A DNA stretch of 63,761 bases, filler included, from Octopus bimaculoides (lineage: Eukaryota), in the NCBI RefSeq assembly GCF_001194135.2. It is 5 parts of 4 records of this genome, joined end to end, with 100 filler letters (N's around TTAATTAATTAA, not from the genome) between each part and the next. Parts side by side here need not be neighbours in the genome. Positions count along the whole stretch, not along the records: positions 20,791 to 43,860 come from NC_068993.1; 4 more parts are not named here. One strand, written 5' to 3'. Below the pieces are notes generated by a model. The model did not search any database. It was not told the DNA's origin and was given only the letters and a program-made list of their open reading frames with translations. Shown here piece by piece: positions 23,703-35,960 of the stretch. A program made the position numbers and the translations under genes. Every line of letters starts with the position of its first letter. Within the stretch, counting starts at the first letter, position 1.

Positions 23703-24071
23703 TTATACAAACACATTCATGCATATATATATATAGTTACATATTTACACTAACTCTGATTCTCAAGTGGTGGTGGTAGTATAAATAGTCAGGAAGACAT
23801 ACACACACACACTCATATATATATGTATGTATGTGTGTGTGTGTGTGTGTGTGTGCGTGTATGTATGTATGTATGTATGTATGTATGTATGTATATATGT
23901 ATGTATTCATTTACATGTTTCAGCTCTAAGGCTGTGGCTATACATATGTATATGTACGACAGATATTTCTTTCAGTTTCTGTGTACCAAATCCACTCAAG
24001 AATGAATGAGTTTGGTAGGAGACTGGAAGAAGCCCGTCGTATATATGTATATACGTATATATATATATATG

Positions 24072-24106
<35 letters not shown>

Positions 24107-24637
24107 AGGTAGAGGGTAGAGATTTTCTTCAGGGAGTGACGACCCTGCCTGACACGAGTCCCGGGCTCAGCTGGCTCCGGTTGACAGTACACGGTGTGGG
24201 CCCCTATCCAGGGTTACGGAAAGGAGACAACCTTCAAAGAAATCCGGAGTGGAGCTCCGTAGGCGGTTTAGTGTTCGACTCGACATTCTTCCGGCAGCTC
24301 CTGCAACCAAGCTGGTGCCAAACGTAATGCTCTGCACTCCTTTGAACTACGTCAGCAAGGTCGAGAGAGGAATCCTGACGATTGGGCTACCCCGGATTTC
24401 CTTACATCTAGCCCAGGCCTGCGCAAAGCTGGAGAGGACACCTCAGTGCTGCTGTTAAAAGTGGTAGGCATCTGCGTCACCTGCCAGAGGGAGTGTTTGT
24501 CCTGCATAGAACTACACAGCCACAGCAGGAGATGTAAATGACATGAAATGTAAAAACCAGACTGGATTATTTTATGCGCAACTCCATTGTCTCCCGAGAC
24601 AAAAGGACGCCAAGAACAACGACAACAACAACAACAA
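24107..24637 (+). mobile_element. Non-autonomous RTE derivative (5'UTR-like part fused to 3' end)
   Basis: GC-rich RTE 5'UTR-like sequence joined to ICVTCQRECLSCIELHSHSRRCK* and a ccattgtctcccgagacaaaaggacgcc(aac)n tail; no APE or RT in between. Confidence 0.7.
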
Positions 24638-24799
24638 TATATATAAAATGATAAAACTCCGAGTTTCGGATGTAGGGACCTTGGTGTAATTATTGATGAT
24701 GCTATTGTGTAGAAGTCGTGAATATATGCTGTTTTCTACTAGGTATAAGTTATTGGTTTTATCGGGAGAAAGTGCCTTCTTTTGGAACTTTTTATGTAA

Positions 24800-27275
24800 T
24801 TGATGTCTTAGGCTACAAACCTATAACGAAAATAATAAAGAAGCTAGCATTATCGCCGCCAGGCTTAAATTAGATAAAAAAACAAAACAAAACAATAGAG
24901 GTCCTCCCCCCAAAAAGAGGCCTTTATAACTATCAAATGCCATAAGAAGAACTTCCTATCTAATCCTAAATGTAGGCTTATTAACCCAGCTGAATCAGAA
25001 CTTTGCATTATTAGTAAAGAAATTTTAGGAAAAATCAATGCGAAAGTCAGGAATGTCACTAGGTCAGTACAATGGTCTAATAGTATAGAAGTCGTTGACT
25101 GGTTTAAAGCTATTAAGAATAAGAATAAAGCGAGATTCACACAATTCGACATTGTTGATTTTTATGCCTCTATCTCTAAAGAACTACTAGATAAAGCCCT
25201 CACCTTCGCAAGCGAATTCATAGAAATCAGTACAGGTGATAAGGACATAATCTTCCATGCTAGAAAGATTTTACTCTTCAGCGAGAACGCAGAGTGGGTC
25301 AAGACTACCGATACAGAGAGTCCTTTCGATGTGAGCATGGGGTCATATGATGGAGCAGGCATATGCGATCTTATTGGACTATTCCTACTCGATACGTTGG
25401 GCAAAACTTTTCCTGGCGTATTTTCCTTCGCCATTTACAAAGATGATGCCCTAGCTTTAACCGCAAATACCAATGGACCAGCACAGGATCGGTTTAGGAA
25501 GGACATTATCCATTTGATGAAGACTTTCGGCCTTAGCATATATACAGGTACCAACCAGACCGTTGTCAATTTCCTAGATGTATCTTTAGATCGAAATAAG
25601 AATATTTATAAACCTTATAGGAAGCCCAACGATAGACTTTGTTATATTAATGTGGGTTCCTGCCATCCCCCAATAGTGGTTAAAAATTTAGTTAAAAACA
25701 TTAGCAAAAGAATTTCTAGCCTCACCTACGATAGGGACATTTTTAATAGCGTTGCCCCAGTATATAATAAGGCTCTAAAAGATAGTGGTTTTAACGAGGA
25801 AATAACCTATACACCTACCATCAGTCCAGTAATAAAGAAAAGAAAACATAGAAATAGGAAAACTATCTGGTTCACACCCCACTACTCAACTGAAGTGACC
25901 TTTAATATAGGCAAGTATTTCTTAGTACTGATAGATAGACATTTTCCAGTCAACTCTAGTTACAGAAAGCTCTTCAATAGACATAACTTAAAAATCAGTT
26001 TCAGCTCAACTACTAATTTTAAAAATATAATCGCACACAACACACAAAAACCACAATATGAAACAAGCTGTTCATGCAGGGATAAAAATTTGTGCCCGCT
26101 AAATGGAGCTTGCATGTCCGAAACCATCATTTATGAAACCACTGTGGACTCCATATCCACTAAGGACACACTTTCGACGACGAAATACGTGGGCCTTACT
26201 GAGGGTAATTTCAAGGCCAAGTTCAATAATCACACCTTGTGCTTCAGGCACTGGTATAAAAGGAAAAACGACCAAATTATCCAGTCATGAATGGTCCTTA
26301 AAAGATAAAGGTCTCAGTTACAACATCCATTGGATGATCTCAGCCAAGTGTAAGCCCTACGCCAACGGCAGCGGAAAGTGCGGTCTTTGTGATATGGAAA
26401 GATGGCTCATCTGGAAAGGCAGCTTAGACCCCACCACATGTCTGAATTCAAGAACTGAACTTTTCGGATCATGTTCACATGTGACTAAATATTTGTCACG
26501 TTTTTGGTCCCCACGAGAATACAGATAACACTTGCTTTCTATATTGTGTCTATCTATAAGCTTTATCTCTCTATCCTTTTTACTTATATTTCTTGTATAT
26601 TTTTAATATTTTTTACATATTTATAGAGATATTGTTTTATAAGTTTATCACTCATATATTTTTTACAAATATTTTTTCTGTATTCTACCTTCCGCCCTCC
26701 ATTTTTCCTGTGCGTATATAGACGTGTACATGGAACCTTTTGTGCGCGCTTGTGGAGGTGTGCGTGTGTGCGGGTTCGTGCGTATATAGACGTGTATGTG
26801 TGCGTACATGCGAGAATGTGCGTATATAGACGTGTCTATGAACCTTTTTTGCGCGCCTGTGTGTGTGTGCGAGCGTGTATGCAGGTATGTATCTATTTTT
26901 TGGCGAATGTGTGGTTGAGCATGTGTGTATTTCAAGTGAGGGTAGATGAGTATATACATATAGGCGCATGTACGTAGGTGTGCGGGCGTGCATGTGTATT
27001 TATGGACTGGTGCGCTTACGCGAATACTATGGACGTTTTTACTCCCTTACCTTTACTCCCTCCCCTTACTTAGCGGTCATTCTAATAGCTCTTTTGTCTT
27101 AATAACGGTCAATCATACAGTAATTTGTTTAACGGTCATTTTCATAGCATTTTTTCGATGGCCAGATAACTGAAGAGATAGCGGCCTGAGTTTCCGCCCC
27201 GACATTCGAAACTCGGAGTTTTATCATGGCTACCGAATAATTGTCACATATTATTTACAGATATATACATATATA
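24800..27275 (+). mobile_element. Penelope-like element (RT + C-terminal GIY-YIG), Hydra-clade-like, 5'-truncated
   Basis: Stop-free frame 24899-26290: AFITIKCHK..NPKCRLINPAES..QFDIVDFYASIS..FDVSMGSYDG..YKDDAL..CSCRDKNLCPLNGAC..YVGLTE. One frameshift near 26255 continues to KCGLC..LNSRTEL..CSH (stop 26528); the 3'UTR carries a hammerhead. Confidence 0.92.
27161..27230 (+). ncRNA. Type I hammerhead ribozyme in the PLE 3' pseudo-LTR
   Basis: Stem I GCCAGATAA / TTATC-a-TGGC; CTGAAGA (27170-76); stem II with inner GCGG/CCGC; GAAA (27208-11); palindromic stem III ACTCgGAGT; GUU cleavage after 27220. Confidence 0.8.
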
Positions 27276-27280
27276 TATAT

Positions 27281-27340
27281 ATTGTTGTTGTTGTTGGCGT
27301 CCTTTTGTCTCTGGAGGCAATAGAGTTGCGCATAAAATAA
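27281..27340 (-). mobile_element. Short RTE 3' end, inverted relative to 24567-24637
   Basis: Reverse complement ttattttatgcgcaactctattgcctccagagacaaaaggacgcc(aac)n; about 4 mismatches to the left copy. Confidence 0.85.
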
Positions 27341-27729
27341 CGCATAAATGAAATCATTCAACCAAAGCCAGGTCTATATATATATGTATATATACACCTG
27401 GCTTTAAGGGTCTCGCAAAAGGCCTAGTTGAAGGCACAAGCTTNNNNNNNNNNNNNNNNNNNNNNNNNNNNNNNNNNNNNNNNNNNNNNNNNNNNNNNNN
27501 NNNNNNNNNNNNNNNNNNNNNNNNNNNNNNNNNNNNNNNNNNNNNNNNNNNNNNNNNNNNNNNNNNNNNNNNNNNNNNNNNNNNNNNNNNNNNNNNNNNN
27601 NNNNNNNNNNNNNNNNNNNNNNNNNNNNNNNNNNNNNNNNNNNNNNNNNNNNNNNNNNNNNNNNNNNNNNNNNNNNNNNNNNNNNNNNNNNNNNNNNNNN
27701 NNNNNNNNNNNNNNNNNNNNNNNNNNNNN

Positions 27730-27780
<51 letters not shown>

Positions 27781-27994
27781 ATATTATGGAGATGTACTTG
27801 CATAGCAAGTGACCTGATCTGAGATCGTGTGCTAGAACGGAAACAATTACAGCGTGGAAGATGTTTTATAAGCTATTTAAGAAACACACAAAAACCGTTA
27901 GATTCACTTGAACATTTAAATTTAATTTGCCAAAATATTTTCGTCGCTTTGAGACCGCGACCTGGTCACTGACACAATTCTGTGCTGCATCTCC

Positions 27995-28890
27995 CCTTGA
28001 ATGTTCACGACACCAACACTTCGATGTCTGTAATCCATCACATTTTGCATTTTGGGAGGATTTTAATGCAGAAATGAGAAGTGGAATTTCCAAATATGTG
28101 ACCAGCCATTAGCAAACTCTGGAAAGAAAATTTCGATTGTAGTGCGATGTCCCGAGATGTTGTTTTGAAGCTGGGGCCGTCTGTAAATGAAACAATGCTA
28201 TCTGCTGCACTTTTACTGAGATATAATGACCTCAAAATGGGATATAAACTAAAGCAAGTGAAATGCCGGCCATAAAGGTGAAGTCGATTTCTTTCGTTGC
28301 CGCTTACTGTCTTGTCTGCCACCAGTACATAGTCGATTGCAAGTGTTGACTCAGAGATATATATAGAGAAAGGAAGAGAGAGAGAAGGAATGAAAGAGAA
28401 ACAGGAAGACTAGNNNNNNNNNNNNNNNNNNNNNNNNNNNNNNNNNNNNNNNNNNNNNNNNNNNNNNNNNNNNNNNNNNNNNNNNNNNNNNNNNNNNNNN
28501 NNNNNNNNNNNNNNNNNNNNNNNNNNNNNNNNNNNNNNNNNNNNNNNNNNNNNNNNNNNNNNNNNNNNNNNNNNNNNNNNNNNNNNNNNNNNNNNNNNNN
28601 NNNNNNNNNNNNNNNNNNNNNNNNNNNNNNNNNNNNNNNNNNNNNNNNNNNNNNNNNNNNNNNNNNNNNNNNNNNNNNNNNNNNNNNNNNNNNNNNNNNN
28701 NNNNNNNNNNNNNNNNNNNNNNNNNNNNNNNNNNNNNNNNNNNNNNNNNNNNNNNNNNNNNNNNNNNNNNNNNNNNNNNNNNNNNNNNNNNNNNNNNNNN
28801 NNGCAAAAGAGAAAATCTTATTTATGAAAATAGTCTTATGGCACAAAGCAGCCCAATAAATGTTGTTTTGTTTGATATTATGCATAGCAA

Positions 28891-28957
<67 letters not shown>

Positions 28958-28967
28958 TGTGTGTATT

Positions 28968-29005
<38 letters not shown>

Positions 29006-29305
29006 TGTGTGTGTGTCCGTTTGATAATGTTTAAGTGGTCTAACAGTTAGCCAACTTAGATCACACTGTAAATTTTGTTCTACTACACTCAGATTTAGCT
29101 ATATTACACACGCCCATACACATTCGCACAGGCATACACAAACGCATCCCTACATGCACATACAATAAAAGAAGAACAAATTTTTCTTTATTTATTTTTT
29201 TTTCGACTAGTCTCTAAACCAGTGGGTCGTAACGTTTACTATGCTCCGTACCCTATAAAAAGTGTCTGGTTAATTTTTGCCGCTTACAATTAATACCAGA
29301 TTTGA
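27995..29305 (+). repeat. ~1.3-kb dispersed repeat, copy 1
   Basis: Collinear reverse-complement match to 42412-43711 on both sides of the gap; Charlie-like CAGTGGGTCG start at 29220. Confidence 0.85.
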
Positions 29306-29390
29306 AGGCGGAACGATTAGTTTTTTAATAACTGTTTTACTACATATTATGTGTGGACAAATTGAAATATAAAACTATATATATATATAA

Positions 29391-29555
29391 GCGCAGGCGT
29401 AGCAGTGTGGTAAGAAGCTTGCTTCCAAACAACATTGTTCTGGGCTCAGTCCCACTGTGTGTTACTTTGGGCTAGTGTCTTCTATTATAGCCTCATGCCA
29501 ACCAAAGCCTTGCGAGTAGATTTGGTAGAGGGAAACTGAAAGAAGCCTGCCGTAT
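29391..29555 (+). mobile_element. SINE family B 5' part
   Basis: gcgcaggcgtagcagtgtggtaagaagcttgcttcc...ggaaactgaaagaagcctgccg. Confidence 0.85.
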
Positions 29556-29569
29556 ATATATATAACATT

Positions 29570-30555
29570 TAATTCACGATGGAATATAGCCATCAACAAC
29601 TTCCTTTCCTCGACATCTTCATTAAGAAATCTAACAACAAAATAGAAACATCGACTCCAAGCAATATCTACCGTTCAACTCATGCCGCCCCAGACACACT
29701 ATAATGGATATTCCTGTCAACCTAACAAAAAGGTTTTGTACTATAGTTTCTAATAGAAGCACCAGAGACACACGACTACATGAACTAAAGGATACACTCA
29801 TCACCAGTAACTACCCACCATCACTAATTGACATATGCTTTAACGTGCCCGATAACTCAACATCCACGAACTCAGATATCCCAAATTAAAGAAGGATTTA
29901 CAACCAAAAGCCCTACCATACATCTCCACGCACAACCCGCTTAACAATGAAACCTTCGACACCATCCTCCAAAACATTCCCGTACTAAAAAAACGACCAG
30001 AGAATGAAATTAATTCTCCAAACGCCCACCATCTTAAAAAGCAAGGGACAGCCCAAATCTATGAAAAGTCTCCTAACACATGCCCGAATACGCTCAAAAA
30101 CAACACTGAAGCCGTCAGTAAAAAAATGCGGAAGACCTAACTGTGGTATATGCATCAATCTAATTGAGGGATCAGAGTTCTCTTTCAAACACGGTCAACG
30201 TTTTACAATGAAAAGCAACTTCACATGTGCTTCGGAGAACTTGATATATGTATTAACTTGTTCTAGATGTCGAGAGCAATACATAGGCCAAACCAAAAAC
30301 AGTCTACGTCAAAGGATGACTCTACATAGATCTCAGATCAAAATTTGGAAATACAGAAAAATAGCATTCAGCGAACACATTGACATTTGCGCCAATAACA
30401 AACAACCCAGTTTCAGAATTATTCCCCGCTATCAATTCACAGACGATGCAACCTGTAGTCAGCGTATTAGTAAAGAGACATTCTTTATCACAAAATACCA
30501 ACCCCTTTTGAATGCAACCACAACAAATGACACTGTTACCAGGGCCTTAGAATAA
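29570..30555 (+). mobile_element. PLE 3' fragment (Neptune-like thumb + Zn-linker + GIY-YIG), decayed
   Basis: KCGRPNCGIC...FTCASENLIYVLTCSRCREQYIGQTKNSLRQRMTLHRSQI..FSEH (CCHH-type EN); upstream RRFCTIVS..LKDTLITSNYP. Confidence 0.88.
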
Positions 30556-30715
30556 CACCCACGCAAATATTAAAAATGATATATTCAAAACAGTCTCCTC
30601 AAGAATTTATTCAGAACGATTTCAATCACGATCATCCACAACGAGTCACTTTTAAGTCACTCGACCATTTAAGTGGATTCCATCAACATCCTGCTACTGT
30701 CATACCACACCCGCA

Positions 30716-30788
30716 TTCTTCTTCTTCTTCTTCTTCTTCTTCTTCTTCTTCTTCTTCTTCTTCTTCTTCTTCTTCTTCTTCTTCTTCT
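30716..30788. repeat. (TTC)n microsatellite
   Basis: Read directly. Confidence 0.95.
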
Positions 30789-31090
30789 ACTAATACTGCT
30801 GCTTAAACAATCAAAGACAAGAATTTAAAATCAAAATATCTGCTGCTAACTACCTAGAACCNNNNNNNNNNNNNNNNNNNNNNNNNNNNNNNNNNNNNNN
30901 NNNNNNNNNNNNNNNNNNNNNNNNNNNNNNNNNNNNNNNNNNNNNNNNNNNNNNNNNNNNNNNNNNNNNNNNNNNNNNNNNNNNNNNNNNNNNNNNNNNN
31001 NNNNNNNNNNNNNNNNNNNNNNNNNNNNNNNNNNNNNNNNNNNNNNNNNNNNNNNNNNNNNNNNNNNNNNNNNNNNNNNNNNNNNNNNNN

Positions 31091-31145
<55 letters not shown>

Positions 31146-31150
<5 letters not shown>

Positions 31151-31328
31151 TATATTAGAGGAAAGGTCAAAACCAAGGCAGAACGAGTGTCTCAAGTCAT
31201 TTAGAATAATTTAATTAGGGTAAGGTTAATTTGAAGTCTTCAAATTCACCTTACTCTAATTGAATCATTCTAAATGACTTGAGACACACGTTCTGCCTTG
31301 GTTTTGATTTTTCCTCTAATATAATATA
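31146..31328. mobile_element. 183-bp palindrome / candidate MITE
   Basis: 91-bp arms with ~7 mismatches around a single T at 31237; TA-rich flanks. Confidence 0.8.
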
Positions 31329-31384
31329 CATATGCTATAATAGACCCTAACACGGATACCTAGATCAAGCCTTAGCTGCAGTCT

Positions 31385-32430
31385 TGGAACCTAATGGTCG
31401 ACCAACTATAGCACTTACCCAGCGTACCTATTCGTTTAGATCACAAGTGCCCTACGAACTTGATCTCTAAATACCTTGACCGTTTGCTTGCTTACCTAGT
31501 GGTTTCTCTCCCCTCTCACATCCACGACACTAATGCTCTCCGTCTCTTTAAGTCTTTCCCTTTTCCTTCTGGTCCCTCTGAACTTCTCTTCACTTTCTGT
31601 ATCAAGAGTTTATATATGGTGATCCCACACAACGAAGAACTTCTTATATTGAAACACTTTCTGGACCTTCGACACAACCGCCAACTTGACACCTCGCTAC
31701 TTCTTCGTCTGGCTGAACTTGTTCTCTCCCTCAACTGCATCTCGTTCAGTGGAGGGGGGGGAGGTTACCAACAAGTCTCGGGAGTGGCCTTGGGAACGAG
31801 AGTGGGCTCCAACTATGCGAACCTGTTCATTGGATACGTTGAGGCCCAAATATTCTCACGATTCACTAGTGCCACTACCGAAGTATACGGTCGTTATATC
31901 GATGACTTATCGGTGTGACCTGACTCCCCCGTGAACAACTACTCCTTCCTCTCTTTTCTTCAATCCTTCCATCCTGCCCGCGAATTCTCCTACACCATTT
32001 CTAACTTTTCCGTCGCATTTCTCGGCATTTCTGTCGGTATACACCACTCCGCTCTCACTACCTCTATCCACTGCAAACACACAGACTCACACTTCTACCT
32101 TAACTTCTCCTCTTCCCACCCTACCCACAACAAGCTCTCCATCCCCTACCTCGATTCTTCCGTCTGCGCAGGCCATGCAGTGACAACCATGACTTTGAGA
32201 CTCAGTCTAAACTCATGGCCCGCCACTTTATCCTACGTGGATATCCACTCACCACCATCCACACTGACCTTGCCAGGGCACGTTCTGTGGACCGTGACTC
32301 TGCTCTTTCTCCCCGCATTCGCTCCACCGTTGGCCGTCTCCCGTTTCCCCTCACCTACCACCCCTCCACCCTGCCCCTTCAACGCACCATTGTCCAAGCC
32401 TTCCGGCGACTCCAGCCCGACCCCTCCATA
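31385..32430 (+). mobile_element. PLE reverse transcriptase fragment (Penelope/Neptune-like), decayed
   Basis: LFTFCIKSLYMVIPHNE..YQQVSGVALGTRVGSNYANLF..YGRYIDD..HCKHTDSHFYLNFSSSHP..FILRGYP; frameshifted. Confidence 0.88.
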
Positions 32431-32834
32431 AACAAAAGTTGGGCCACCAGTGAACACCTCGTAGATTTGGTGGTAGTTAGAACAAATGTTAACCATTATG
32501 TTATTATCTTCCATACTTATTATTGTAGCGTGTGGTTTGAGTGACAGTTGGCTGCGATTTCTAAAAGTTTGAGTGATCATGCAATGGCTCAACATCTGCA
32601 AATTAAATTCTATTTCCTACCGACACGGCAGAGTTTTCGGTACTTAAGTCAAGATATATCGATACGTTGATAACAAACCATTACCTAATTGAAGAATTTT
32701 AGTCAAAAGGACAGGAGAGACTACCTCGGAATTTACCTACCTTTTTTTTCTTTTTTCCCTACCTTGTGTTGGAATAATATTTTCAATGTTTTACTGGTTT
32801 TATCTCTCTGAGAGAAGTGTCAGGGATTTTCGGT

Positions 32835-33075
32835 GGTGGCGCAGGATTTGAAGTCAGAATACATAGTGCCAAATCAGACACTACAAAGTGTCCTGTTTGA
32901 CGCTATAACAATTCTACTAATCCACTGTTCTGGCTTAGTACTTTTGTTATCAACTCGGAATGGATGGAGGGCTGCATTGATCTTGACAATATTTGAAATC
33001 AGAGTACAGTGCCAGATTCAGATATTACGAGGCGTTTTATTCAATACTCTAATGATACTGCTAGTTCACCACCTG
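32835..33075 (-). mobile_element. Two diverged SINE family A remnants
   Basis: ggatttgaagtcagaat and tacttttgttatcaactcggaatggatggaggg...atttgaaatcagag...ctgctagttcaccacc. Confidence 0.5.
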
Positions 33076-33802
33076 GGAATTCCAGGAAAAGTAAACAAAA
33101 AGACGCCCTAAAATCTAACAGCGCTTACAGACACTATATTCAGTGAACAGAAATATACAATATCTTATGCCATGACTGATTGGATGTTCAATCTTACCAT
33201 AAGCCACAACGAACTTCAATGAAAATGAAACTAAAAGCAGGGTTCAGTAAAAATAACTAACACTGCTAAAGAAAATGCTAGACCTGCCTGACTGCCGTCC
33301 ACTCAGTGAAATGAATTCAAGAATAAAAAAACGTGAAATATAACTTGGATATAACTTCATATGAGATGATTTAATTCACTCACGGCTGTGCAGGAATAGA
33401 CAACATTTACTTTTCCGCAACCACTTCTAAGATTTCTCATTAATTTAATTCTTGACCAAATCAAATACAATTAAATTCAATAAAAAGTTCCTATGCGCTG
33501 CTATATTAGAAATAAGTATGATAAAAACTTGGCTGGTTTTAAGAAATGGTATGATAACATGAAAAAGAAATTGTTCCCAAATTGGAACACTGATGTATAA
33601 ATGTATCTTGTAAAGTTTACTGATTGATTATTTTCGCTTTAATTACGTTTGAATAAAAATTTTAATGATAAGCACTCAATTATTTAACGAAGTCATAATT
33701 GGTGCAGTAGACAAAAAGTGATGGGGTAAAAATCAATCAAACTTGAATAAGAATAAAGCCCAAATTCAACTTTATAACCATATTTGTTTTTTTAGGAAAC
33801 AT

Positions 33803-33827
33803 CTATATATATAAAAATGAGAATGTG

Positions 33828-33874
<47 letters not shown>

Positions 33875-35127
33875 GAATCCCTTAAAACTCGAGAACTACA
33901 CAACCAATTTCATTCAAATTTTACAGATGCCTTACTTAGGGTTCTTGCAGAGTTCGAGCCCACGGCAACATAATATCTCCTCCACTATTTAAGTATTACG
34001 TGTCAAAAGTGAACCAAAAACACTCATGTCAAATACTTTCACTTTAAAAATGAAACTATTCCACTAACTGNNNNNNNNNNNNNNNNNNNNNNNNNNNNNN
34101 NNNNNNNNNNNNNNNNNNNNNNNNNNNNNNNNNNNNNNNNNNNNNNNNNNNNNNNNNNNNNNNNNNNNNNNNNNNNNNNNNNNNNNNNNNNNNNNNNNNN
34201 NNNNNNNNNNNNNNNNNNNNNNNNNNNNNNNNNNNNNNNNNNNNNNNNNNNNNNNNNNNNNNNNNNNNNNNNNNNNNNNNNNNNNNNNNNNNNNNNNNNN
34301 NNNNNNNNNNNNNNNNNNNNNNNNNNNNNNNNNNNNNNNNNNNNNNNNNNNNNNNNNNNNNNNNNNNNNNNNNNNNNNNNNNNNNNNNNNNNNNNNNNNN
34401 NNNNNNNNNNNNNNNNNNNNNNNNNNNNNNNNNNNNNNNNNNNNNNNNNNNNNNNNNNNNNNNNNNNNNNNNNNNNNNNNNNNNNNNNNNNNNNNNNNNN
34501 NNNNNNNNNNNNNNNNNNNNNNNNNNNNNNNNNNNNNNNNNNNNNNNNNNNNNNNNNNNNNNNNNNNNNNNNNNNNNNNNNNNNNNNNNNNNNNNNNNNN
34601 NNNNNNNNNNNNNNNNNNNNNNNNNNNNNNNNNNNNNNNNNNNNNNNNNNNNNNNNNNNNNNNNNNNNNNNNNNNNNNNNNNNNNNNNNNNNNNNNNNNN
34701 NNNNNNNNNNNNNNNNNNNNNNNNNNNNNNNNNNNNNNNNNNNNNNNNNNNNNNNNNNNNNNNNNNNNNNNNNNNNNNNNNNNNNNNNNNNNNNNNNNNN
34801 NNNNNNNNNNNNNNNNNNNNNNNNNNNNNNNNNNNNNNNNNNNNNNNNNNNNNNNNNNNNNNNNNNNNNNNNNNNNNNTTGGAAATTATATTCTATGTAT
34901 AACGGCCATAACTCCCATGAAATTCATATATTTTTGATGTTGATGAAATTTTAACCCGAACATAACAGATGAGCATTGTCTGTAGCTGGTCTTCTCTTGG
35001 AAGAGCCCTGCTTCTCACATGGACAACTGTATGTTGGCTGCTCAAGAGTGGGCAGCAAAAAAAAAACCTATTTGCATATGCTCCACAAGGGAAAACAAGG
35101 AACATTGTTTACAACGAGGTGTTATAA
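33803..35127 (+). mobile_element. Non-autonomous Helitron retaining the helicase C-terminus (middle in gap)
   Basis: 5' end tctatatatataaaaatgagaatgtg(tctg)n. 34979-35127 reads SVAGLLLEEPCFSHGQLYVGCSRVGSKK/NLFAYAPQGKTRNIVYNEVL* (PIF1-type Helitron helicase end). Linkage across the gap is inferred. Confidence 0.75.
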
Positions 35128-35252
35128 TCACAACAGCAAGAAAGTATGTACATGATCACTTTCTTTTACGAAACTTCATTGACTTTCATATATTTATATT
35201 GATATACACATATATACGTGTGTTTGGGTGCGTGTGTGTGTGTATATATATC

Positions 35253-35350
35253 TCTCTCTATATAAAGATGAGAATGTGTGTCTGTCTGTCTGTGTGTCTG
35301 TCTGTCTGTGTGTCTGTATGAATCCCTAAAACTCGAGAATTACACAACTC
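35253..35350 (+). mobile_element. Helitron 5' end, same family as 33803
   Basis: tctatataaagatgagaatgtgtgtctgtctg...gaatccctaaaactcgagaattacacaac. Confidence 0.7.
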
Positions 35351-35744
35351 TCTTTTACAAACCCAGTGAAAACACATATATTTCATATGTCAAAGAAATT
35401 CAAGCAATACATATAACACCAAAGTTAAAAACATTCCCAACAATTCCACAATCCCCAACCTCCAGAGCTATTGAAAAAACTGTTATCATAAACTGTTTCA
35501 TAAACTGCGAAAGTTTATGAAAAGAAATATACTTAATTTAAATTGCCTAAAAATGCTAATATTCTTTGAGAAAAAGATTATTCTGCGATTTAAAGCATAA
35601 GTAGATCAATTTAAGCTCATTAAATAGTAAAACTTATAGATAATTAACGAATATAATCATAGGTAATTAACGAATATAATTATAAATACAACAGCTTTGT
35701 GTCAATAATAACAAATTTTTCTTTCTTTTCTTTTTTTTTTCGAA

Positions 35745-35960
35745 AGTGGTGAGCTGGCTGAAATGTTAGCACTCCGGGTGAAATGCTTAGTTGTATTTCG
35801 TCTGTCTTTACGTTCTGAGTTCAAATTTCGCCGAGGTCGACTTCGCCTTTCATCCTTTCGGGGTCGATAAATTAAGTACCAGTTGCGTATTGGGTAGATC
35901 TGATCGATTGGCCCCCTCCCCCAAAATTTCGCGCCTTGTGCCTAGAGTAGAAAAGAATAA
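35745..35960 (+). mobile_element. SINE family A, full-length with tail A
   Basis: Head, core gcctttcatcctttcggggtcgataaattaagtaccag, tail cctagagtagaaaagaataa. Confidence 0.9.

Noticed and set aside
27930-27965. Minus-strand GTCGC/GCGAC hairpin followed by GAAA
   Set aside because: The CTGANGA core is absent (sequence truncated by the next repeat).
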